NCBI RefSeq assembly: GCF_006345805.1
Contig: NC_043011.1
Coordinates: forward strand, 2,232,001 to 2,296,000
From: Octopus sinensis
Lineage: Eukaryota
DNA length: 64,000 nt
Direction of reading: 5' to 3'
Both the position numbers and the translations under genes were made by a program. Each line of letters opens with the position of its first letter. Position 1 is the stretch's first letter. Positions 35,251-48,974 of this stretch are shown here, piece by piece. The notes under the pieces were generated by a model. That model was not told the DNA's origin, made no database searches, and saw only the letters and a program-made list of their open reading frames with translations.

Positions 35251-36096
35251 ATATATGTGCAGTATTTGAAGTTAGTGCATGTGCAGATTTGTATGTTTTG
35301 TTTTATGTATGTATATTCATGCATATTGTTGCACATCTAAACATGTGCATATATACTTAAATGATAAACTTCTGGAAAGCTTTACAGATTATTACAGTTC
35401 CAGTGATGGCTTGGACCTGTAGATTTTGAATTAGCTTTCTTCTTTCTGGTTTTGGGAAGCTGATTTCTCGAGATTGGTACTTAGGCTGTTTGTTACTTAC
35501 CTTAATGCCTCCATAATTACAGGTATAAACCTGAACTTGTAATCTGAGTAGAGTAGCTGTAGATTTCTGAATAATTCTGTGTGTGTGTGTGTGTTTGTGT
35601 GTGTGTGTGCCATAGTGGTAAGATTGTTGAAAGTAGTTTCAACACTGGAATAAATGCAGAACATTTGTTCTGTATTGGATGCTTTTCCTCTTAGTAAATT
35701 AAAAATCTGTTTGCTAAACAATAATTACAAGATTTTTTTTAATGAATAGAATTTAATTTCTTCATTTTGTTGCACAAAATGATCTTTTAGTTCGGAAAAG
35801 GAAGATGAAGATTAGAAGTGCATTGCCCATGCTTTCCCCAGTGGTTTAGACATCTTGTTGAAATGGCTTCAAATGATAATTAAAACAATTGTGTGGCTCT
35901 GCATTGCCTAAAGTTTCTCACTGTTACTTTAAAATAGTGATTTTGTACATTAGCCTATAGTTAACTTTTATAAAGGAAGGGCATCCAGCCATAAAAACTC
36001 TGCCAAAACAGCTAACCCCTGTGAAACTGTCCAACCCATGACAGTATAGAAAATGGACGTTGAATGATGATGATGATGATGATACACATACACATG

Positions 36097-36127
<31 letters not shown>

Positions 36128-36388
36128 CTGTGCATAAATATATATAAGCATGCTTAGATATATGCACAGATTCACTCGTTCCGTTTGATACAAATGTTGA
36201 TATAGTTGAACAATTCAGATAAATATCAATGTAAGTACATAATATGTATGGGAAGAATTTACGGTCCCTGACTAATCTAGTGTGTACGCATTTGTGAATG
36301 GATTAAGTGGTCTGATTAAAGAAGCATAGCCAGTAGAATTGACAGGCATTCAGACAACTCATTGAAGAAGTATAAACAAAGGAAACAC

Positions 36389-36778
36389 AGGTGCAGGAGT
36401 GGCTGTGTGGTAAGTAGCTTGCTAACCAGCCACATTGTTTTGGGTTCAGTCCCACTGTGTGGCATCTTGGGCAAGTGTCTTCTGCTATAGCCTCAGGCCG
36501 ACCAAAGCCTTGTGAGTGGATTTGGTAGACGGAAACTGAAAGAAGCCTGTCGTATATATGTATATATATATATATATATATGTCTGTGTTTGTCCCTCTA
36601 GCATTGCTTGACAACCGATGCTGATGTGTTTACGTTCCCGTCACTTAGCGGAGACCGATAGAATAACTACTGGGCTTACAAAGAATAAGTCGCGGGGTCG
36701 ATTTGCTCGACTAAAGGTGGTGCTCCAGCATGGCCACAGTCAAATGACTGAAACAAGTAAAAGAGTAAAAGAGAGAGT
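36389..36778 (+). mobile_element. SINE family A
   Basis: Complete head and tail. Confidence 0.9.
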
Positions 36779-36821
36779 ACATATGAGTGTTTTGTACAAA
36801 ATGTAGAGACTAACATTTCAG

Positions 36822-36883
36822 CTGGATGCCTTCATCACAGAAATATTTGTATCTTTTCTAGTTACTTCTCTGTTGTTGTGCAG
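36822..36883 (+). other. Candidate 62-nt exon (plus strand)
   Basis: Branch-point-like gactaac, acceptor tttcag, donor CAG|gtgagt. Reads LDAFITEIFVSFLVTSLLLC. No partner exons identified. Confidence 0.25.
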
Positions 36884-39129
36884 GTGAGTATGTATTTAAC
36901 ATTTCAACATTAGGAAATTTAAGTTAATAAAAACAGATTGTGTGGAGCTGTTTTATGTCTAATCATTATCAAAGATTATTCTGTGCAATGATAAATATTG
37001 AAAGACATGGCAATTCACTGTGTTACTGATTACATATGCTGATTGTTAATGATGCAGCAGAGCAGAAATTAGCTCTCTAGTTCAGCAAACAGTCCATGAC
37101 GTATGTCTATTGAAGCTTATAATAGAAATAACAGAGAAAATAGGAAAAAGAAGAAAAAAAATTCAGAGCCATTATCGATTTCTTTTGATTAGATGCTAGA
37201 ACAAATTTTGTTGTGGGTAGTGATTGAATCCTCCCCCATCCCAGTAATATATTACAAATAGATACTTTAATGACTATCATAGAAATTGAACTCAGGTTGT
37301 AAATGAGTTGTATTAAATCCTGAAATATACACTTTTAGTGTTCTATCACGACTTCTATCAACTAACCTACATGAGCATGCTACCTGCTAGAAATAGCAAT
37401 TAAATCTTTCAAATCATGCTACTCTCTTGTAAGCAAAGAGTCGTTTTGGATAATGTAGTCTTTGTTACCCTATGCTTGATCAAAAGATTGAGATGAGGTA
37501 TGATTATAAATGATTTTTGTTTGAGCTTAGATTTACTCAATCATAGCAGAGTTAAAACCAACACATATACCACAAATCCTGATTATTTGAAGCAATAAAA
37601 CTGTTGTCATCCTGCTAGGTTTTGCTTTTATCCTGCTGGAGTTGGTAAGATAAAATGCTGGTCAAATAGTGCATGTGCAGATTTGTATGTTTTGTTTTAT
37701 GTATGTATTTTCATGCATATAGTTGCACATCTAGACATGTGCATATATACCTAAATGATAAACTTCTGGAAAGTTTTACAGATTATTACAGTTCCAGTGA
37801 TGGCTTGGATTGGTAGACTTTGAATTAGCTTTCTTCTTTCTGGTTTCTGATTTCTCAAGATTGGTACTTAGGCTGTTTGTTACTTATCTTAGTGCCCCAA
37901 TAATTACAGGTGTAAACCTGAACTTGTAATCTTGGTAGAGTAGCTGTAGATTTCTGAATAATTCAGTGTGTGTATTATTGTGCCATAGTTGTAAGATTGT
38001 TGAAAGTAGTTTCAACACTGGAATAAATGCAGAACATTTGTTCTGTATTGGATGCTTTTCCTCTTAGTAAATTAAAAACTGTTTGCTAAACAATAATTAC
38101 AAGATTTTTTTTTAATGAATAGAATTTGATTTCTTCATTTTGTTGCACAAAAGGATCTTTTAGTTCAGAAAAGGAAGATGAAGATTAGAAGTGCATTGCC
38201 CATGCTTTCCCCAGTGGTTTAGACATCGAGTTGAAATGGCTTCAAATGATAATTAAAACAATTAACTCTTCTCCCTGCTAGAATAATTAACTCTTCCTGC
38301 TAGAAATAGCAATTAAATCTTTCATATCATGATACTCTCTTGTAAACAAAAAGTCGTTATGGATAATGTAGTCTTTCTTACCCTATGCTTGAACAAAAGA
38401 TTGAGATAGGGTATGATTATAAATGATTTTTGTTTGAGCTTAGATTTGCTCAATCATAGAGGAGTTAAAACCAGCCCATATACCCCAAATCATGATTATT
38501 AGAAGCAATAAAACTGTTGTCTTCCTGCTAGGTTTTGCTTTTATTCTTCTGGAGTTGGTAAGATAAAATGCTTCTCCCTCTTTCTAAATTTGAAGTTGTG
38601 TTCCTATATAAGAAACCGATATTGATTGTCCCAACAAGAGACCTCTTGTTTTTAGCCAGTACAGAGTAATCAGCATAGCAGTCAAATTCAGAGAAAACAA
38701 GGTGACAGGTATAAGAAGATATTTTCTTATATATAAGTCATAAAAAGAGCTGCAAAACATTCTGTGAGAAGCATAATGCCTTAAAATTAAAATACTGCCT
38801 CCTTAGCTACAACTGGTAAATAGAATGAAGTGGAAGCTAGAAGATAAGGAAAGCGTATAACTGTTCGGAAAGCTAGCATTTGTAAATTGTTAGGGATTGC
38901 AAACACGTAAGAATTATACTCATGCACCATTTAACCCCTGTCAGAATATACAAGATTAAAAATATAAACCTATTTTTCAGCTTCAAATAATATTTTTGAA
39001 GATTACATTTTCAATATCATTGTAACATAAATTGTTTGGTAAATGACTAACTATTAATGGTAAGTTTCTGTTAATATGATTATAATTTTTCAGAATCTTA
39101 GCCTCATGCTGGTAGATAAACACTTCCTC

Positions 39130-39272
39130 GTCTATGAACGTTACAGCATATTTCATAGAACTAAGACCCAGACATACCAGTCAGGTCCTGCCAAATGACC
39201 AGCCTGGATGTGGAGAGCCTATTTAGAATGGTTCCAAGGGACCAAGAATTACTAGTGATTTAAATCGATTTA
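39130..39272 (+). pseudogene. Degraded Penelope-like reverse transcriptase fragment
   Basis: YFIEL/DPDIPVRSCQMTSLDVESLFRMVPRDQELLVI resembles the PLE RT motif FI..L...IP...M.SxDV.SLFTNVP. Confidence 0.55.
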
Positions 39273-39642
39273 TGGATGTATCAAAATACCAATTAACATT
39301 ATTATGGAGATATTAACATGTTTAAGAATGGCTTACCTTGAAATGAAAAATAAGATTTTTCACCAAGTGAAAATATGATTGTAGATTAAAAATTATGATA
39401 TCAGTAATGACAAACATTTATAAGGAATATTCCAAAAACTCTAGAACACAACACTGTTAAGTACAATCTGATATGTGAAAACATTTGTGATCTAGTAGCA
39501 ATAAAAAGGTCTAAATCCCTCAGAGTACATGAACTCATTATGTACTTCAATACATTTTACCCTAAAAAGAGAAAACAAAATCCAACTGCCATTCTTTGAT
39601 GCAGTGGCACAAAAACAGAAATAGATGTCTGAAAATCTGTGT

Positions 39643-40040
39643 AGGCACAGGTGTGGCTGTGTGGTAGGAAGCTTGCTTCCGAACCACATGGTTTTGGATT
39701 CAGTCCCACTGTATAGCACCTTGGGCAAGTGTCTTCTATTATAGCTTTGGGCTGACCAAAGCCATGTCAGTAGATTTGGTAGAGAGAAACTGAAAGAAGC
39801 CCCTCATGCGTGTGTGTGTGTGTGTGTGTATGCCTGTTTCTGTCCCCCACCACCACTTGATGACTGATGTTGGTGTGTTTACCTCCCCGTAACTTAGTGG
39901 TTTGGCAAAAGAGATCAATAGGATAAGTTCGAGTCTTAGTAAAAAAGTACTTGGGTCAATTCATTCAACTAAAAATTCCTGAAGGTGGTGCCCCAGTATA
40001 GCCACAGTCTAATGGCTTAAACAAGTAAAAGAAGAGAAAG
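39643..40040 (+). mobile_element. SINE family A, older copy
   Basis: Diverged head and tail (ggtggtgccccagtatagccacagtctaatggcttaaacaag). Confidence 0.8.
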
Positions 40041-40210
40041 AATATCAAAGCTAGACAAATTAAACTATCGACATCAATATAGCCTTAAGAACTGAATTGT
40101 CAAATGCCTACAATATTCCACAATAATAATCTGCACCATACAGAAGAAATATATAATCTGAAAAACATTTCTGAAAACTACCTAATACTTTATATAAAAT
40201 ATCCATAGCT

Positions 40211-40638
40211 AGGCACAGGAGTGGCTGTGTGGTAAGTAGCTTGCTAACCAACCACATGGTTTCGGGTTCAGTCCCACTGCGTGGCATCTTGGGCAAGTAT
40301 CTTCTACTATAGCCTCAGGCCGACCAGAGCCTTGTGAGTGGATTTGGTAGACGGAAACTGAAAGAAGCCTGTCGTATATATGTATATATGTATATATATA
40401 TATATATATTTATGTGTGTCTGTGTTTGTCGGTATTTGTTCTCCTAGCATTGCTTGACAACCGATGCTGGTGTGTTTACGTCCCCGTCACTTAGCGGTTC
40501 GGCAAAAGAGACCGATAGAATAAGTACTGGGCTTACAAAGAATAAGTCCCGGGGTCGATTTGCTTGACTAAAGGCGGTGCTCCAGCATGGCCGCAGTCAA
40601 ATGACTGAAACAAGTAAAAGAGTAAAGAGTAAAGAGAG
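40211..40638 (+). mobile_element. SINE family A, young copy
   Basis: Near-consensus head and tail ending (gagtaaa)n. Confidence 0.9.
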
Positions 40639-41169
40639 CTACTCTCAAAGCACAAAGCAGACATTTAACCAAATCCCATTGTTTTAACTTTCTATGAAAT
40701 ATTGTTTGAAAAAAAATTCAGTGAGTCTGCAACAGCTTTATCATCAGAACTATCATCAAAAGTAATTCCATACTTGTCAGATTTGTTCTAATCCCTCTTT
40801 CCTCAGAGTGTTGAGAACATATGTGCTGCATCTGTATCAACCTATGTACTTGCAGGTCTTACAAAGAAAAAAACTTGGATGCCATAAAGATCAGCATATA
40901 AAGGAACATCAGAAAGCCTTTATGCAAAGAGAAACATCTAAGTCAAGAATGGTTGAACAAATAGAGAACCAAAAAGAAAAAAATGGAAATCATATACTGC
41001 TATGGAATGTAATGATCAGAATTTGGATAAGTTGAGAGTCAAAACTAAATATTAAAAACAAGCATTTCATATGAATCTTGCTCACAATCTAATCAGCAAT
41101 AAGCTAGAGCTTGGGGATGGACAAAAGCAAATGAATCAGCATGGGCCTTAGATTTTGAGGATTTCCTCC

Positions 41170-41585
41170 GGATCTTTTCGGTTTGAACGGCAGTTTTTTC
41201 TAGCGGTGTCATATGGAATTGTCACCCATAATTATGACCCTAGTATCGATCTATTGCATTTCAATCTATTTTAGGGTTAGGATTAGGGGTGGGGGGAAGG
41301 GTATCTTTTTTACTTCAGAAATGTAAATAAACCCAATCTGTTTCTTAAACGAGGGACATATTCATATGGCACAGAATGCTGTTTACCTCAATGGACATCA
41401 GTGATTGGTGGAAATTGCAGAAATTGAAGAAAAAAACAACAAATATCTTACAAACTATAGAATTTTCTCAATAAAGCCAAGAGAAAAAGACATTTTATAA
41501 ACACATTCTACTATTATACGAAGTTTAAAATTTTTTAGTTACCTAGAAATTATGTTAAAAACTGCCGTTCAAACTGAAAAGATTC
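41170..41585 (+). mobile_element. Merlin-like MITE, complete, 8-bp TSD
   Basis: TIRs ggatcttttcggtttgaacggcagttttt / aaaaactgccgttcaaactgaaaagattc. TSD tttcctcc at 41162-41169 and 41586-41593. A GG-starting TIR with an 8-bp TSD is characteristic of Merlin. Confidence 0.8.
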
Positions 41586-41636
41586 TTTCCTCCTGCTAGA
41601 GGTAAAGTAGAATCTTTTAGCAAAGAGTAATCTTTC

Positions 41637-41772
41637 TACGAGGGGGTACTGAAAAGTTCCTGGATTTAAAGGCCTGGTTGAAAACCCAACCTTCTGAGTT
41701 CTTTTACAGGGCTTAGAAAAACTGGAGGACTGCTGTAATAAATGTGTGAATCCGAGAGGGGAACATGTTGAA
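41637..41772 (+). mobile_element. Internally deleted mariner remnant
   Basis: TA + cgagggggtactgaaaagttcctgg (mariner-type TIR) joined to FFTGLEKLEDCCNKCVNPRGEHVE (mariner C-terminal motif). Confidence 0.65.
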
Positions 41773-42293
41773 ACATGTTCCGTTGATTTGGATCAACTGG
41801 AACCCTCATCGTCATAACCGACGGAGTGCTTCCACCACACTAAATGAACATATAACCAAAATACATGCATAATTTCTTTGCATTTAGCAATGATTACTAA
41901 AATATCTAACCCGTTAGCATTTAAACCAGCCATATCTGACCAAAACATTCTACCTCACTTATGTACAAACTGGCTGGTTCTAACATCTCACACCTACCAT
42001 GCAATATAATTCTAAAAATAAACAGCCTGACCATTGAACTCTTGAAGCTATAAGATAATGCAAGTTCAATTCAAAACAATGCGAATAAATAAGCATTACA
42101 TTTGACAGAATAATCTGAATATTAAAGAGTTAACGAACAAAATTAAATGAGGCCTAGATTTTTATCAAAGTGAAACCTACATTTCACATCCAATATGAAC
42201 TATTACCAACCAGATTTGCACGAGCCTCTGTAAGCCCAAATTCAGCTCTCTAAATATGACTGACATTGCTGAAATATAAATATAAATATAAAT

Positions 42294-42765
42294 ATATTCC
42301 TTAGAGCATGGGTGGGATAGATATGCTAAAATATACATCTGGAAGATCCTGGAAGGACTTGTCCCAAACTTTGGCATCGAGAGTCACACAAATACTAGAA
42401 CTGGGTGCCACTGCATAGTTCCAAGGACTCCAAATTTGCCATCAAGATGTAAAACAAAATTCTGTGATAGCTTGGGCTATCAGAGGTCCACAGCTCTTCA
42501 ATATCCTCCCGAAGGACCTGAGAGACCTGCATGGGGTGGATGCAGATGTCTTTAAAATAAAACTGGATCTCTTCCTGTCAGGTGTCCCAGATGAACCAAC
42601 TTCATGGCAGGAGGTGCAGATGAGGGCAGCTGCATCGAACTCTCTCATGCACCAAATGGCAATTGCTAAAAAGCATTCATGAAGTAAAATCATGTAGCAA
42701 CACCGAATGGTGGTGCCCCAGCATGGCCACAGCTCATGAGCTGAAACTAGATAAATAAAAAAAAT
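42294..42765 (+). pseudogene. CR1/L2-group LINE 3' end
   Basis: YSLEH...IYIWKILEGLVPNFGI...(frameshift)RGPQLFNILPKDLRDLHGV..DVFKIKLDLFLSGVPDEP...AASNSL, then a 3' UTR hairpin and A-rich tail. Confidence 0.8.
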
Positions 42766-44980
42766 AATAATAATATCCACAGAATATAACATTAATTTAT
42801 AAAAAATCAATATTACTACAATTAGTTTTAAAATAAAGGTTTCTGGTTCAAATTCAGTGTTTTATTGTTTTTATATCTATGACTAAGACCTTAAATAATG
42901 ATCAGACAGAGAACCATTTGAAACATAGTGTAATGAAAAATATTGAAAGTTTTCATGTATAAATCTAAGGCAAATAACCTGAAAATTATAAATCTTACAG
43001 ATTGTTTGCTTCTGTATATTTTCATGAATAATGGAAACAAATTGTGTTGACATCACTCATGCAGACCAGTGGATTCTTCATCATGGAGCTATTTATCTTT
43101 CCAATACTCTGGGAATATAAATATATTGTTCTTGTTGATTTGATCTGAAATTCAGATGTGATCAATGATTCTTGTTACGACCATCAAACCTTAAATAGAA
43201 GCTCTTTTGTTAGATTGGTGAAACACATGTTTATTCTCAGCCCCTTTGCAACACACTGTATTCGTTCGGTTCAATACATGACAGCATATTATATTTTATT
43301 CTTTTGTTTGTATTGGTTTCACTTACTGAATTGTTGCCATACTGGGGCACCATTACCTTCAAGAGTTTTAGTTAATGACATCTGCTCCAGTTCTTATATT
43401 ACTGTGGTACTTAATTTATTGATATCTATTGATTAATTAACATTTCACTTCTATTTCTTTTATAGCAATGTTATTTGGCCCATTGATTTACCAAGTACAC
43501 ACACACACATGCGTGCACACACACATGCGTGCACACACACATGTGTGCACATACACACACATGCATGCACACACACACACACACACACATACACACACAT
43601 ACACACACACATTATATGGGTCTTTCTTGTAAGTTTGTCAATTTCACTCATAAAGAATTCATTAATCTAGTATGATCAAGATGCTATGTACTACAATCAA
43701 ATCTGGAAACCATGTAATTCCCAAAATGGCTATGTCTGTATCTAAGTGTATGAGATTATGTTTAAATTTCTTGAGATTAAATATACATACATATATATAT
43801 ATATATATGTATATATATACATACATATATGATCTTGTACTTTTGAAAGTCACATGACTGGCAGTGACTTTCCTGTCTTCAAGTTGAGTCACTGCCTTTG
43901 AAAGTACTAATAAATTGGCAGTAATTTAGAACAACTAATAGATAAACAGACTCTAAATGACATTTGCTGGTTTCAGTATTAGTGTGAAGAAATCCGTAAT
44001 TAGAAATAATGTGTCAGTAATAGTGCTAGTACTACCTCTGAGGTTATTTGAATCTCCTTATATTACCATTTTTACAATATTTTTCTGGAGTAGTTACAAT
44101 AAGGTGTCTTACTTTTGATGCAGTTTCAATGGTAGTAAGTGAGAGTATTCAGGGAATGTTGCTATTACATTTTTAGATTATTTCTATCTATGGTTTCTAC
44201 AAGATATTACCATCTAAACATATAACATTTATCTTATGTAAAAGCAGCAGTAATACTCCTGTGAGTATTAATAGCTTTGCAAATGGGAAGACGGTAAAGT
44301 ATTTCATCAGTGGAATTACTAGTTGAATGACCCCATTCAGATTTCTATATTTTAGAACTGTTAAGAGGGCATTTTAGACTACTAATCCCATGGGTAATCA
44401 CAGTTAACTGAAGTTTTTCTACTCAATATATACAATATATGTTAGACCCCACTGCAAGCATATCATTAGTAAATATGACAAAGTAAGTCTTTGCTTTATC
44501 TGGACACATGATTGATATTACTATTATTCTATGAATTTACTATCAAATGTTATGATGTAATTTTAGATGATGTTAAATTCTCAATACTCCGTTATAATGT
44601 ACAACACAATGGCATCTTAATTAGAGACAAACATAAATTCAAATTTCAAACTTAATGGTCGGATGGGCAAAATACAATGAGCATAAATCAATGTAAATTA
44701 GAAAGCATTCAGTTTCCTGACACATGAATACCACTGTTCATGTGTTCTACATATCAAACAGACAATTTCAACAGATTGTAGCTTTCAACATTATATTTTG
44801 TACTGTTGCTCATGTAACAGAACTTGAAAGCATAACACATTTGTTTTAACATCAAACCATTAATCTTTATAAAAACGCACAAAAGAGATGTACATTGGTG
44901 TGTAGTGAAAGTAGAAACCAAATGTTTGAGATGGAAACCAGACACTCCTCTGTTTTGAATCTCTCTCCCACACACACATA

Positions 44981-45020
<40 letters not shown>

Positions 45021-45804
45021 ACACACACACACACATACACACACACACACACTCACTCACTCACTCACTCACTCTCTCCCCCTCTCTTACAGTTTGGATG
45101 AATTTAATCAAGAACTCCATTAGTAAAAAAAATAAACGTAATATTTCTAGAATACTTTGTGTATTTATCACATATGCTGTTTTGCAAATTTCTTACTTGC
45201 ATGATCAGAGAAATTTCACAAAACTCAGGCTAGCAACAGAAAGTAATCTTAGTCTCAGCACTGTAATAAATAATTACACTTTGTTTCTGTATTGAGTACT
45301 TCATCTTAGTGGTAATTTTAAACAGATACTTACACTTGTATTCACAATTTTCCAGTGCTCAGGATACTCCTGTAACTGAGTTCTGTGTAAAGACCTATAT
45401 GCATGTAGTGTGTATGTGGGTGTGTGTGTGTGTTTTCTTTGGGATTTCTTTGAGCTTTCTCTCTGGTAGTATTCAAGTTAGTTGTTACCAAAGTATTAAG
45501 AGAACACTTGTTACCTGAATTAGTTGGTGTGTTTGTATATGTTGGTATGTTCATATAAGGTGCTGTACAGTACATATCACTTTAGTACACAAGTATGTGC
45601 TTTATTCTTTCGGTGTATGTGTATTTTATATGTTTATGTAAGGGTGTGCATGTTTTCAGCTCAGGAGTCTCAAATGGCAAATCCTTAGAGTATTTTACAG
45701 ATTTTCTTGTACTTCTAGTTGTTTGTATTACAAAAATGTGAGTCAGTTTGCTCTATTCCCTTTTTTGAAGAACCCCAGTATTTTAAAGGTTTTTAATACC
45801 ACAT

Positions 45805-45990
45805 AAAAAAAGCACTTAGTCCACTCTGTGGGGTGGTTGGTATTAGGAAGGGTATCCAGCCATAAAACCCTACCAAAACAGACACAGTAGCCTAAGGTAG
45901 CCTTCTACCTGGCAGGCTCCTGTCAACCATCCTACTCATGTATGGAAGGTGGATGTTAAACAATGATGATGATGATGATGATGATGATCT
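45805..45990 (+). mobile_element. SINE family B, 5'-truncated
   Basis: ggaagggtatccagccataaaacc...ggatgttaaacaa(tga)n. Confidence 0.75.
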
Positions 45991-47288
45991 GTGTTATGTA
46001 GCTCACTGCACTTTTGGTAGAACTGAAAATCTTTTGCCCAAATATTAGAAAATAGGTTTTTCATGACGGGTTAAGACCCAGAAACATGCATGTCCTCAGG
46101 TGTGAATCTTGGCTGGTGGGGGTGCTTGCCTCCCCTTCACAAATATAAGGACACAGAAAATGTGTCAAAGCTGATAGGAAGCGTTCGATGATTCCTAGGG
46201 CTAAACAGCGGTGTTGTAATTCCAATACTGGACTGTCATGTTAAGTTGACAGTATACAACCATTCGGTTTTTCATTAGTTCTCTATAAATGATATGATGT
46301 TCACAACACTCAGGTGAACACTATAACAGTGCTTGATGTTTCCTCTTCATCCCTTACAACAATGCATCCTGTTGTGCTTTGACCAGGCTGTTGTTTTTCT
46401 TGGAATGTTCTGCTACAATTCTTTATTTCTGAAGGTGTGCATACATTCTGGTTCTGATACGACTTTAGTGTAATCTGCAGGACAATAATTCCTGCACAGT
46501 ATTGTAAACAGTTATAGAAACAATGTCAGGTCTTGTGGAAATAGATTTACCCCTTCCACAGATTCCCTCCACAGTTAGAGATTGGCATTTCTTTATGCAG
46601 CTGTTCTCATCCATATGCATCAGGTGACCATACTAGCACAGCCTTCTCTCTTGCACGCTACATCTGATGTTGTATTTTCAAATCATCTCAGCAGACTGAA
46701 ATGAAAATACAACATCTAATAACCTAACAGTATATCCTTTCTACTCTTCTGATGAGATTTTGCCTAATACAATGATTTAATTATTGTAATTAAATCTTTT
46801 AGGCTACATTGAAACAGCTGTAAGAGAATATGTTGGATTTTTGCAGTTAATAAAGGATATTAATGCTACATCTCTATTTTCTAAATTTTCTTTTATATAT
46901 ATATATAAGAATTTTTTGCATAATATTTTCTATTTTCTTTCCTCCACCTCACTCTCTATTTGTATCACATTGAAACTAACTATGACTTAATTTTTCCTCT
47001 CACACCGTCTCCAATGAAGGGATATTATTAATTAATATCCTAGAAACAGCTGTAAGACCTTCTATCTATAAATGTTCTAATATCTATACAGCCTTGGTTT
47101 TTTTTATCTTATTATGCAAAAAATTCTTATATACATATGCTGACATAGAATCAACGTTGAACCCTTTATTCGCAATATTACCGAATCTGGAACTTAGCTA
47201 TGGTCTGTCTATAGCACTTATTCAGTATTACCTGATAGCTTTGGGTCTCAATGACACCATTATCTCTTATAAAATCAACTTCTCGCTC

Positions 47289-47319
<31 letters not shown>

Positions 47320-47507
47320 CTAAATAATTAGGGTTCAGCAAAGATTTGCTTTACCACATACCGAAGCTTAGAAATAGCAACAAAAAAACGTTAGCTATTT
47401 CTTCTACTTAAAAAGGGACTCCCAGAAAAACCAAAATACTTGAAAACAATCTTGGTGAAATTATTGATTACTTCTTAATTAATTAATTTTACCTTTTGTT
47501 ATTACTG

Positions 47508-47559
<52 letters not shown>

Positions 47560-48804
47560 CATACATACATATAAAATGTTAAGAAAGAGGAGGTATAAGA
47601 TGAAAAATTTATTTCACCAATTGATATCCATATAACTAAGATCGTTTCGCAACCTTTATCATCTAAAAACAATTCATACCTCCACTCTTCTTTATATTTT
47701 ATACACTCCCAATGAAATAATCAATAGCAATTGGATTTAATGGATTTTAACTGTATTGGACTCTACATTATAGCCCTTTGTTTTGTTTTGCTTTGGTTTA
47801 CTTTGTGGCCTTATCCATTAAGGAGCATTTCTTATAAGTACCACCAGATTAGTTAAATCCATATATTGTGCTTTGATATATATCTATACACACACAAAGG
47901 GTGGGCCAAATATTACATGACTTTTGGCCTACCCTGTATATATGAAGAGAGAGAGAATAGTCTTTCATTGGTTGTTATTTTATATTGCAAGGAAAAGAAC
48001 TATTTTGTTAGGAATCAATTTTCTGCTTTCATTTCAACTACAAAGTTCTTAATATTCATAGAAAGAAGCTGCTATTTCGATCTTAATTTAATTTCAAAAC
48101 TACAAAATAATTAGGGTTACATTAATTACAACATTTTTTACATTACAAAAGAAGAAAGCATAATACGTTTGGGGAAATAGAGATGTTGAAAAGAGGATAT
48201 TTGGTGTAAAATTTTTTTACCAAAAGAAATTCACCTTATTTCATAGTTCATTAGTCGCAGAGAAAGAGAGGTAAATCTAATTTAAAAACAACATAAAGAT
48301 GTAGAAATTAGTTGAAACAGTTCCAATTTATTTTCTTCTCTGCTCAAATAACTGTAACCAAAGTTCACAGACCATTTCTCATCAGTGCACTTCTAACTAG
48401 AAGATACTTAATTCTACCAATTTAAGTAAGTTATCATTCTCCCATGTGTTGCAAAGGCAATAAACTGCTCAGTCTCCATACATTCACAAACATTGTTCTG
48501 CATCTCCTGAAGAACCTTTAGCTTCCGAAAAGAAAGTGGTAGCCTTTCTCTTGGGATTTTTTGCAGCATTGTAAGATGGTCTTTCATTAGTTGTTCCTTT
48601 CTTTTCCAAGCAAGAGAACCATCTCATCAGAAAAGTGAAATTATGCTAAATACAACTAAATTGAAAACCTTTTTCTCCTGGCCATAGCAATTCTGAAAAC
48701 TTTTGGCTGTGAATTTTACATGAGTAGAAGCTTCTTTTAACAAATTTTATCCTGAAAATCACCTGCGTAAATTACACAAGTGCACAAATTACATGTTTTT
48801 TTAT

Positions 48805-48852
<48 letters not shown>

Positions 48853-48919
48853 CATACATAAACATCGTCCAACCCATGCTAGCATGGAAAGCGGACGTTA
48901 AACGATGATGATGATGATG

Positions 48920-48974
<55 letters not shown>

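Larger units (their letters stand above)
35273..38572 (+). repeat. Local direct duplications A ... B A' B'
   Basis: A 35273-35890 is similar to A' 37667-38263 (~600 bp). B 37383-37659 is similar to B' 38296-38572 (~277 bp). A microduplication aattaactctt..cctgctagaa lies at the A'/B' junction. Confidence 0.9.

Noticed and set aside
39325-39355. Juxtaposed acceptor/donor (tttttcatttcaag|gtaagc, minus) as a recursive splice site
   Set aside because: AAG acceptor, adjacent to a PLE relic, and no host gene established.
46666-46720. 15-bp perfect hairpin as a pre-miRNA
   Set aside because: The stem is too short and the 21-nt loop too large; there is no supporting context.
46749-46800. CUGAUGA followed by a GAUUU/AAAUC stem
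   Set aside because: The stem is followed by UUUU, not GAAA; no stem III or stem I. Similar isolated cores at 10198, 40741, 48381, 48625, 51715, 60823 and 62029 also fail.
47330-47410. Hammerhead-like AAAUAGC/GCUAUUU stem followed by a UUCG hairpin on minus
   Set aside because: Several core positions are non-canonical and there is no stem I partner.
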